Positions 16,530 through 24,001 of a DNA stretch of 64,000 nt are shown here, piece after piece. Location: positions 1 to 64,000 of the IMG/VR virus record IMGVR_UViG_3300037470_000126; one strand, written 5' to 3'. Position 1 is the stretch's first letter; each line of letters starts with the position of its first letter. Both the position numbers and the translations under genes were made by a program. Below the pieces are notes generated by a model. It was given only the letters and a program-made list of their open reading frames with translations. It was not told the origin of the DNA and did not search any database. This stretch comes from a virus. Taxonomy: Duplodnaviria > Caudoviricetes.

Positions 16530-16974
16530 AATCCTCATGGGCATGGCCCATTTGATTTCACAACGATCCACATGCTCCAGGCTAAACGTGGGAGCCGTCA
16601 TTTCCCAAAACGGCCGAACAACCTCGATGGGCTACAACGGAGCACCCGCTGGCCTGCCTCATTGTGACCACGACGAGTGCACGTGCCGTTACGAGGGGGG
16701 ACACCTCCTTGGTGGCGACCCGATGTGTCCCAAGCATGGGGCCTGCCGCACCGCGGTACATGCAGAGGCTAACGCCCTCGCGTTCGCCGCTAGGTTCGGA
16801 CTAGGCACTGAAGGTGCAGAGCTTCACACCACCCACCAGCCATGTCTGACATGCGCCATGTCCATCATCAATGCGGGTATCATCCGCGTGGTATTTGAGA
16901 ACCCGTACAGGGATAACGGGGGCCTTCTTCTTCTCCATCACGCCGACCTAACCGCAGAGAAGCTAGTACGGTGA
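16510..16974 (+). CDS. dCMP deaminase (ComEB/cytidine-deaminase family)
   Basis: STCSRLNVGAVI, GYNG, HAEANA, PCLTC. TTG start at 16510, or ATG at 16537. Confidence 0.92.
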   Translation: MRPPRDEILMGMAHLISQRSTCSRLNVGAVISQNGRTTSMGYNGAPAGLPHCDHDECTCRYEGGHLLGGDPMCPKHGACRTAVHAEANALAFAARFGLGTEGAELHTTHQPCLTCAMSIINAGIIRVVFENPYRDNGGLLLLHHADLTAEKLVR

Positions 16975-16978
16975 TCTC

Positions 16979-19555
16979 GTGACTTCTCCTCCCCTGAAAC
17001 TCCTACCCGTCACGTCCAAAGTGCGGGACTCATCATGTGACCTGTGTGTCATGTCGTCGTCGGCGACCGCCAAGGACGTCTGTGTGACTGCTCAGGGCTC
17101 TATGAAGGCGACGCCTAAGTATCTGGTCGTCGGGAAGTTCCCGCCGTCCGAGGGAGCGTACAGGGAGCTCCGTACGTATCTCGAAGAAGTCGGGCTCAAC
17201 CCGGATGAGGCGATCTTTACCGGCGCGGTCAAGTGTCGGACGTGGGATGCATCTCCCACACGCACCGTCGTGAAGGCGTGCGCTCCTTACCTGCACCGGG
17301 AGCTAGCTCTCCTGCCTGACACGGTGACTCACGTTCTCGTCATGGGTAACGAGGCTCTCCAGGCGACGCTCGGTAAGTCGGGGATCACCAAGTACCGGAG
17401 TAAGGAATACGACCTGCCGGCAGGACTCCGTACTCTCACGGCTATCCCCACGATCGCTCACACCGCGGTCAAGAGGAATCCAGGTCAGTATTCCGGCTTC
17501 ATGGCGGACCTCAAGTTCTTTGCCGCCTCAGCAACCGGGGGTGATGCTGGTGGGGTCAAGCCGCCCAAGAAGATCCGGTACGTCCTCGACAAGCTGACTC
17601 TCCGTGCTCTCCGTACTGCGCTGGAGAATGCCGAGGTGGTCTCGTATGACATCGAGTCGGCCTCGGATCACCCCGGCTTCCTGGAGAAGGACCCGTCCTC
17701 GAAGATCGTGTCCATCGCGTTCACGATCATGTCCAAGGAGAGGAAGCTGTCCGTCTGGGCTCTCCCGCTGTACCACCCGGGATCACCGTGGCGGAACGTC
17801 TGGGAGCGTGTCCTAGACTTCATCCGAGACGCGTTCTCACGGGTACGGAAGTCGATTGCCCATAACGGCAAGTTCGACAACCGCTGGTTGCGTCAGTGGG
17901 GTGTGGAACGTTATCTCACCTTCGACACCATGCTGGCCGCTCATCTCCTGGACGAGAACCGGCGGAAGTCTCTCAAGGAACTAGCCCACATGGAACTGGG
18001 AGTTCCTAACTGGGCCATCGAGACCAAAGAGCTCCTAAAGACTCCCATCATGGAGGTCCTGGAATACAACGCCCTGGACACGTGGTACACGTACTGGCTC
18101 TACCGCAAGTTCCGTTCCCAGCTCAATGAACAACCGAGGCTCCGCCGCATCTTCCAGCGGTTCTACATGCCAGCAGCCAACGAGTTCACGGACATTGAGC
18201 GGCGCGGTGTCTGGATGGACCGCGAACGTCTCGTGACGAGGCACCAAGAAGCCAGGCGCCAACTGGCTGAGGTAGATGCCAAGATCATGGAATACGTGCC
18301 TGAGGATCAACCGTTCCGCACGTATCTCCGAGATGGTACCCTCAAGAACACTGGGATCAATTTCAACCCATCGAACTTTCTCCGGTGGCTTCTGTACGAA
18401 CACCTGGAATTGCCTGTCTTCCGACGCGGCAAGGAGAAGGACGACGGTACCCCGGGTGACCCCTCTGTGGCTGAAGGCGTCATGATGGAACTGGCAGAGA
18501 TCCATCCTGTTGCCCAGCTTCTTCTGGATCGTGTGAAGTGGAACAAATTCTGTTCCTCCTTCTTCGCGGCCTACCTGGAGCTCATTGACGACAACGACCG
18601 CATCCACACCACATTCAAGCTCCACGGCACAACCACTGGGCGTCTCTCGTCGGGCAAGGAGAATGACGGCGATAAGATCTCCGCTAAGAAGCAAATCCGC
18701 GGAATGAACGTCCAGCAGATCCCCCGAGACAAGTTCATCCGCGGTCTAGTCGGTGCACCCCCCGGTTCGTATTTCGTGGAGTTCGACTATTCCCAGGTTG
18801 AGCTCCGCGTGGCTGCCGAACTGTCCAAAGAGCCCACCATGATCCACTTGTACCAGACAGGCCAGGACATCCACATGGCTATGGCTATGCAGATGACCGG
18901 GAAGCCCGCGCATCTGGTCACGAAGGAAGAGCGGAAGAAAGCCAAGTCCGTGAACTTTGGCTTCCTCTATGGTATGCAGTGGAAGAAGTACATCCAGACG
19001 GCGTGGGAAAGCTACGGGCTCCGGGTCACCGAGGCAGAGGCCCAGGCATTCCGTCAAGCGTTCTTCCAGCAATTCCCGGAGCTTCTCGTCTGGCACCGCA
19101 AACAGCGGCAGCTAGTAGCTAAGTACGGGCGCGTAGAGAGCCCTCTCGGGCGCGTTCGTCACCTGCCTGACGTCTACTCGCCGGACCGTGAAGTGAAGTC
19201 CGAGGCAGAGCGTCAGGCGATTAACTCGCCGGTCCAGTCGTTCGCCTCTGACCTCATCCTGATATCCCTGGTGATTGCCCACAAGAAATTCCGAGAGATG
19301 GGACTCCAGGCTCGTGCCATCGGCACAGTCCATGACGCCATGATCATGGAAGTGCCGGCACATGAGATGTCCACCGTTCTCCCGATGGTCAAGGAGATCA
19401 TGGATAATCCACCCCTAGAAGAGTGGTTCGGCATTCACATGTCCGTACCCCTCGTGGCAGACTGCAAGGTAGGAACTCACTGGGGCGACGCTATCGAACT
19501 AGAGGAGGCACAGACACTCAACTGGGACCCGAGCATCCTGACACAAGCCGCGTAA
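16979..19555 (+). CDS. polA: Family A DNA polymerase with N-terminal UDG family 4-like domain and 3'-5' exonuclease
   Basis: Exo motifs YDIES, HNGKFD, YNALD; Pol motifs DYSQVELR, KSVNFGFLYG, VHDA; N-terminal CDLC..AVKC-x14-C. Confidence 0.95.
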   Translation: MTSPPLKLLPVTSKVRDSSCDLCVMSSSATAKDVCVTAQGSMKATPKYLVVGKFPPSEGAYRELRTYLEEVGLNPDEAIFTGAVKCRTWDASPTRTVVKACAPYLHRELALLPDTVTHVLVMGNEALQATLGKSGITKYRSKEYDLPAGLRTLTAIPTIAHTAVKRNPGQYSGFMADLKFFAASATGGDAGGVKPPKKIRYVLDKLTLRALRTALENAEVVSYDIESASDHPGFLEKDPSSKIVSIAFTIMSKERKLSVWALPLYHPGSPWRNVWERVLDFIRDAFSRVRKSIAHNGKFDNRWLRQWGVERYLTFDTMLAAHLLDENRRKSLKELAHMELGVPNWAIETKELLKTPIMEVLEYNALDTWYTYWLYRKFRSQLNEQPRLRRIFQRFYMPAANEFTDIERRGVWMDRERLVTRHQEARRQLAEVDAKIMEYVPEDQPFRTYLRDGTLKNTGINFNPSNFLRWLLYEHLELPVFRRGKEKDDGTPGDPSVAEGVMMELAEIHPVAQLLLDRVKWNKFCSSFFAAYLELIDDNDRIHTTFKLHGTTTGRLSSGKENDGDKISAKKQIRGMNVQQIPRDKFIRGLVGAPPGSYFVEFDYSQVELRVAAELSKEPTMIHLYQTGQDIHMAMAMQMTGKPAHLVTKEERKKAKSVNFGFLYGMQWKKYIQTAWESYGLRVTEAEAQAFRQAFFQQFPELLVWHRKQRQLVAKYGRVESPLGRVRHLPDVYSPDREVKSEAERQAINSPVQSFASDLILISLVIAHKKFREMGLQARAIGTVHDAMIMEVPAHEMSTVLPMVKEIMDNPPLEEWFGIHMSVPLVADCKVGTHWGDAIELEEAQTLNWDPSILTQAA

Positions 19556-19560
19556 CTCGC

Positions 19561-19583
19561 AACCGCAAACGAAGGGCTATGAT
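19561..19583 (+). promoter_or_regulatory. Candidate -35-less promoter (class 2), leaderless
   Basis: AACCGCAAAC-N7-TATGAT-N6-ATG; the same geometry recurs at 21172 and 31058. Confidence 0.5.
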
Positions 19584-19589
19584 CAAGTC

Positions 19590-20042
19590 ATGACATCGAC
19601 ACCGTTCCACACCACTGGGCTTGTCTACGACGAGACCCGACAGAAGCCTGGCTGGTACCCAGCTCGTATCATCGGTCTCAAGGCTCGCCGCTCCCGGCAC
19701 GGCAACCCCATGCCCACTGTGGAGTTCGAGACGCCGGCCACCGGTCACATCTACCCCCTGTGGTGCCCGCTCCCACCCGAGACGGCCAAGAGCTACGCCG
19801 ACGACCTGGAGAAGTTCAACCAGGTTGCCCGTGCCTGCGACATGCCGGCTCTGACCTGGCACGAGGTCGTCAACACGATGCCGGTCCAGCGGATGCTCGG
19901 CTGCACCGTCGCCGTCCGTCTGGAGTCCGAGCATCACCAGGGCAAGTGGCGTTCCGTGATCAAGGAGGTCCGACCTCTGTTCGATTTCAAGGTCCGGATC
20001 ACGTTTCCCACACCCGCCGAGCTTGACGGGGTGTCCGCGTGA
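19590..20042 (+). CDS. OB-fold (DUF669-like) ssDNA-binding-type protein without an acidic tail
   Basis: PGWYPARII..SRHGNPM..VEFE and LGCTVAVRLE..QGKWRSVIKEV resemble the core of 22039-22707. Confidence 0.55.
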   Translation: MTSTPFHTTGLVYDETRQKPGWYPARIIGLKARRSRHGNPMPTVEFETPATGHIYPLWCPLPPETAKSYADDLEKFNQVARACDMPALTWHEVVNTMPVQRMLGCTVAVRLESEHHQGKWRSVIKEVRPLFDFKVRITFPTPAELDGVSA

Positions 20043-21145
20043 CTCTGGACATCTCTCAGGGCCTCGCCGGCAAGCACTTCCCGTTGGAAGTCGTCAGCCA
20101 GTCCATGGCCAAGACGTTCAAGCGGTGTCCGCTCCAGTTCAAGTACAAGTACCTAGACGAACTGTCGCCGCGGGTCTCGTCCAAGCCTCTGACACGAGGC
20201 AAGTGGTTCCACTCCCTGCTGGAGACGTACTACACTCCAGAGGACGAGCGAGGGGACGACTACCAGACGTGGGAGGAAGTGCATAAGCACATGTCCCACA
20301 AGTTCTCCCAGCTCTTTGACGAGGAGAAAGAGGAGCTGGGTGATCTCCCCCGGGAGATGCAACACCTCATGGAGTCCTACCTCTGGCACTACAGGAACGA
20401 CGAGTCCTGGACCGTGCACGAGGTGGAGAAGACCATTGAGGTCCCGCTGCCATTTCTCTCGGGCGTGAATCTCAGGCTCCGCCTGGACATGCTCGTGGAG
20501 GATGAGTACGGCCTCTGGATCGTGGACCACAAGACCCACAAGACCATCCCCAAGACCACGGACCGCCTCCTCGACATCCAGTCTCCGCTGTACGTCTGGG
20601 CGGCACAGGAAGCGGGCATCCCGGTGTCCGGGTTCCAGTGGAACTACATCCGCACCAAGGCCCCGTCTGTCCCGAAGATGGCCTACGTGGGTACTCCAAG
20701 GCAGCGCCTCTCCAAGGCGGCCTGTGACACGGATTACCCGACGTTCCTCAAGACCATAAAGGAATACCGCAAGACCTATGGTCTCAAGGTGGACGAGGGG
20801 ATCAAGCTCTGGGCCGACCGGCTCAAGGCTCAGCGGTACGACTACCACAGTGTCCAGACCTCAGAGTTCTTCCTCCGGGTTCGCCTGGAGCGAGACGAGG
20901 AGCAAATCCAGCGGGCTCTCCGTGAGCTTCACCACACCGCCAAGCGTATCGGCGATTACGACTTTGACCCAGACTGGGTGGAGCGTAATCAGGACCGCGG
21001 CTGTAACTTCATGTGCTCTTACCGGGACCTGTGTCTCGCGGAATACATGGGCGGTAACGCGGATCTAGTCCGCCGGAAGAACTACATCCAGCAGGATCCG
21101 TGGGCATATTACGAGGAGGGTAAGCCTGACGCTCCGGTGGAGTAA
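20039..21145 (+). CDS. PD-(D/E)xK RecB/Cas4-like exonuclease
   Basis: FKRCP..F, RGKWFH, RLDML...IVDHKT, C-terminal CNFMCSYRDLC. Confidence 0.9.
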   Translation: MTLDISQGLAGKHFPLEVVSQSMAKTFKRCPLQFKYKYLDELSPRVSSKPLTRGKWFHSLLETYYTPEDERGDDYQTWEEVHKHMSHKFSQLFDEEKEELGDLPREMQHLMESYLWHYRNDESWTVHEVEKTIEVPLPFLSGVNLRLRLDMLVEDEYGLWIVDHKTHKTIPKTTDRLLDIQSPLYVWAAQEAGIPVSGFQWNYIRTKAPSVPKMAYVGTPRQRLSKAACDTDYPTFLKTIKEYRKTYGLKVDEGIKLWADRLKAQRYDYHSVQTSEFFLRVRLERDEEQIQRALRELHHTAKRIGDYDFDPDWVERNQDRGCNFMCSYRDLCLAEYMGGNADLVRRKNYIQQDPWAYYEEGKPDAPVE

Positions 21146-21171
21146 CACACTCCACGCTCACTGTCAAGCGA

Positions 21172-21194
21172 AACCGCAAACACAGTGATAACCT
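21172..21194 (+). promoter_or_regulatory. Candidate class 2 promoter
   Basis: AACCGCAAAC-N7-TAACCT upstream of the AAA gene. Confidence 0.5.
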
Positions 21195-21229
21195 CTATCC
21201 TATCAACACGACACGACAAGGAGATTCCT

Positions 21230-22039
21230 TTGGCAGTCTCAGCCAAGAAGGATTACGCGGCTATCGCCGCCGCGAAGATCCAGAAGCCGAGCGGCCAGAA
21301 GCGGATGCCTCAGGTTCTGGTCTACGCGAGGAACAAGAAGGGGAAGAGCACTTTCGGTGCCAGCGCCCCCGACGTCCTCATGATCGACCCGGAGAACGGC
21401 ACCGATCACCTTCGGAAGGTTGACCCGGCTGTGTGGAAGGTCTCACAGTGGGAAGACCTGGAGGAGGTGTACCGCTTCCTCCGCCTCGGTACCCACAAGT
21501 ACAAGTGGGTATGCGTGGACGGTATCACCCGTATCCACAACATGGCCCTCCGATTCGTGATGCAACAGCAGGAGGAACGAGACCTCGACCGTATTCCTGG
21601 GTTCGTCCAGCTCAAGGACTACGGCAAGGCCAACGAACTCCTCAAGGGGATGATGTTGAACTTCCAGGCCCTGGGAGTCGGCGTCGTCTACACCGTCCAA
21701 GAGCGGATGCAAGCGGTGGAGAACACCGCCGAAGAGGACGAGGACGCGGAGGAGTCGGACGTCATGTTCGTCCCTGACGTGTCCAAGGGAGCCCGTAGCG
21801 CCATCAATGCAATGGTGGACGTAATCGGTCGCCTCTACACCGTGCGGACCACCAAGACCGTCAAGCTCCGGAACGGCGGCACCAAGGAGAAGGAGTACGT
21901 CCAGCGCCGTCTGTGGCTGGGTGTGCACCCTCGGTACGACACCGGCTTCCGTTCAGACTACGAACTGCCGGATTTCCTCACTGACCCGACGGTCCCTCGT
22001 CTGGTCGAACTTCTCAACAGTGGAAAGGTCGCTAAGTAA
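21230..22039 (+). CDS. AAA_24/Sak4-like ATPase (recombination / ssDNA annealing)
   Basis: YARNKKGKST, IDPENG, CVDGIT; TTG start after AAGGAG. Confidence 0.85.
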   Translation: MAVSAKKDYAAIAAAKIQKPSGQKRMPQVLVYARNKKGKSTFGASAPDVLMIDPENGTDHLRKVDPAVWKVSQWEDLEEVYRFLRLGTHKYKWVCVDGITRIHNMALRFVMQQQEERDLDRIPGFVQLKDYGKANELLKGMMLNFQALGVGVVYTVQERMQAVENTAEEDEDAEESDVMFVPDVSKGARSAINAMVDVIGRLYTVRTTKTVKLRNGGTKEKEYVQRRLWLGVHPRYDTGFRSDYELPDFLTDPTVPRLVELLNSGKVAK

Positions 22040-22707
22040 TGGCACAGCAGGAGACCCTAGACTTTTCTCAGGTACGGGACGCGGGTAACTTCAACCCCAA
22101 GCGCAAGACCGAGGGCGAATACCTCGGCACCATCGTGTCGTACGAGGACACCAAGTCCAAGTCCGGCAACAAGATGTGGGTCTACGGCATCCAGCTCAAG
22201 TCCGACCGCCGTGCCGTGTACCCCGTGTACTGCGTGCTGGACGTCAAGAGCCTGTGGAAGCTCCGTGACCTCCTGATGGCCTGCGGCAAGAAGGTCCCCA
22301 AGAAGCGGCTGTCCATCAAGGGCGACGTGATCATGGGCAAGGAGGTCGGCATCTTCCTGGAAGACGACGAGTACGAGGGCAAGCCCAAGTCCGTCATCAC
22401 CTCATTCTTCCCCGCCGACGAGTACGAGGGCACCGACGCCGACGGCTCCAACGACGACTCGGACGAGGACGAGGAGGTCGAGGAGGAGGAGTACGAGGAC
22501 GAGGCTCCCGCCGACGACGAGGACGACACCGACGAGGAGTCGGAAGACGACGAGGACGAGGAAGACGAGGAGGACGAGCCGGAGCCGGCACCCAAGAAGG
22601 CTCCTGCCAAGAAGTCTCCCGCGGCTCGCAAGGCCCCGGCCCGTGCCAAGAAGAAGGCCCCGCCGGCTGACGAGGACGACGACGAGATGGACGTGGAAGA
22701 TCTCTGA
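22039..22707 (+). CDS. ssDNA-binding protein (DUF669-like) with an acidic tract, AKK repeats and an acidic tip
   Basis: EGEYLGTI..KSKSGNKMW core; D/E tract; ends DDDEMDVEDL; follows the exonuclease and Sak4-like genes. Confidence 0.8.
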   Translation: MAQQETLDFSQVRDAGNFNPKRKTEGEYLGTIVSYEDTKSKSGNKMWVYGIQLKSDRRAVYPVYCVLDVKSLWKLRDLLMACGKKVPKKRLSIKGDVIMGKEVGIFLEDDEYEGKPKSVITSFFPADEYEGTDADGSNDDSDEDEEVEEEEYEDEAPADDEDDTDEESEDDEDEEDEEDEPEPAPKKAPAKKSPAARKAPARAKKKAPPADEDDDEMDVEDL

Positions 22708-22732
22708 TCTCCCATTCCCCCAGGTCAGAGCG

Positions 22733-22762
22733 TTGACACCGGTAACCCGCTGGTGATACTCT
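22733..22762 (+). promoter_or_regulatory. sigma70-type promoter
   Basis: TTGACA-N18-TACTCT, followed by a hairpin (AGGGCCCCGCATC/GATGTGGGGCCCT). Confidence 0.6.
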
Positions 22763-22858
22763 CTTGATCGTGAGTCCTCACTCTCACGCCATAGGGCCCC
22801 GCATCATGTTCCCCTCGGTTCAGATGTGGGGCCCTCTGGTATCTAGACCGGAGCACTC

Positions 22859-23278
22859 ATGCCCAACGTATTCCACTCGCCGGCGCTGAGAGAGGCACTG
22901 GGCTTGCCGGCAAGTCCCACACCCATCGACGCGAGAGCCGACGGAGAGACCATGAGCCAGCCGGAAGCGCGACTCGGGAGCGCCATCCGCCGTGCGTGTA
23001 TCGAGCGGGGCGGCTTCGCTTTCAAGATCCATGGCGGACCGACCATGATGGCCGGCCTCCCAGACCTGATCTTCTGCTACCGCGGTCAGTTCGTCGCCCT
23101 CGAAGTGAAGATGCCAGAGGGTAAAGTCTCTGTGATCCAGAAGCGCCGCATCCGAGAGATCCGAGACGCTGGCGGTCGTGCGTACGTAGTGCGCTCCGTG
23201 AGCGCCGCTATGCGCGTTCTGGACGCCGTAGACAAGTCTCTTGACGCTCACCGCCCGGGAGACTCTGAGAGCGCCTGA
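22859..23278 (+). CDS. VRR-NUC / Holliday-junction resolvase-like nuclease
   Basis: AGLPDLIFCYRGQFVALEVK; S..Q..RI..I..AGG.AYVVRS. Confidence 0.88.
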   Translation: MPNVFHSPALREALGLPASPTPIDARADGETMSQPEARLGSAIRRACIERGGFAFKIHGGPTMMAGLPDLIFCYRGQFVALEVKMPEGKVSVIQKRRIREIRDAGGRAYVVRSVSAAMRVLDAVDKSLDAHRPGDSESA

Positions 23279-23330
23279 GAACGCCGCACAGAGCTTTTCT
23301 GTCCCGAGTTTTGTATTACCCTGTTCCACG

Positions 23331-23373
23331 AGAAAGCCCCGTCTCCTCGATCACTCAAGGAGCGGGGCTCTCT
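23331..23373 (-). terminator. Intrinsic terminator
   Basis: AGCCCCG / CGGGGCT stem with flanking pyrimidine runs, between convergent genes. Confidence 0.65.
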
Positions 23374-23393
23374 GCTGTCTGCTGGTGTGGAAC

Positions 23394-23654
23394 TTAGACT
23401 CCCATCATGCCGGGGTCGTGGTTGTGGTGCCAGTCCATCGGGTCGAGTTCGTGAGCCAGAGCGAGGTGACCCGCAGCCAGCTCCTTGTCGTGGAGACCCA
23501 TCATCACCTTGTCGGCAGCCTCGTTCATCAGGTCACGGATGCACTGGGGGCACAGCGGGTCATCCTCGACGCTGTCCGGCGCGATAACCTCAACCCGACC
23601 GCAACGGGTGCACGGGACAGTGTTGGTGAGCTGGGCGTGAAGGTCGTCGGTCAT
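23394..23654 (-). CDS. Cassette protein, hypothetical with CxxC pairs
   Basis: AAGGAG RBS; CTRC...CPQC. Confidence 0.75.
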   Translation of the reverse strand: MTDDLHAQLTNTVPCTRCGRVEVIAPDSVEDDPLCPQCIRDLMNEAADKVMMGLHDKELAAGHLALAHELDPMDWHHNHDPGMMGV

Positions 23655-23689
23655 GGCGGTGAGCTCCTTTGCTCTCGACTACACGGACG

Positions 23690-23718
23690 ACGTTACGCCT
23701 GTCGTCGGAACGTGTCAA
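23690..23718 (-). promoter_or_regulatory. Array promoter
   Basis: TTGACA-N17-TAACGT. Confidence 0.85.
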
Positions 23719-23770
23719 GCGCTGAGACCGAGGCGCTGTATGCCCGCCTAAGCGACTGACCCCCGCCGAG

Positions 23771-23784
23771 GATACCCGGGTATC
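23771..23784. promoter_or_regulatory. Palindromic operator (perfect copy)
   Basis: GATACCCGGGTATC, a perfect 14-bp palindrome. Confidence 0.8.
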
Positions 23785-23958
23785 TACGGGCCAGCTAGCG
23801 GCGCTTAGAAGCGAAAAGCTCTGTGCGCTCCTCTCGGCGCCTCTCAGACGCTCGCCGAAGAGAGACACGCGCGACGTACTGAGAGCTCCTTAGAAGCGCG
23901 TACAGGCGCCCTAACGCACGTATTGCGCGCTCTCGATCGCTCACACTCGCAGACATGC

Positions 23959-23988
23959 GAAAAGGCGCCCCTCTCGGGACGCCCTCTC
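23959..23988 (-). terminator. Intrinsic terminator
   Basis: GGCGCCC/GGGACGCC imperfect stem with a TTTTC tail on the minus strand. Confidence 0.5.
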
Positions 23989-24001
23989 TAATCGGGTCGA
24001 G

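Noticed and set aside
15964-16630. Group I intron interrupting dCMP deaminase
   Set aside because: The insert is almost entirely ORF plus a second copy of the N-terminus, leaving no room for a ribozyme core, and an intact downstream gene exists without splicing.
20039-21145. Cas4 as part of a CRISPR system
   Set aside because: Its context (AAA annealase, SSB) is the standard phage recombination module.
21143-21168. Antisense promoter TTGACA-N17-TACTCC
   Set aside because: The -10 lacks the conserved final T and would point into the exonuclease gene; the plus-strand class 2 motif explains this gap.
22430-22700. Tandem DNA repeat or microsatellite (GACGAG runs; also 35690-36430 and 50280-50420)
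   Set aside because: Explained by Asp/Glu-rich protein tracts.
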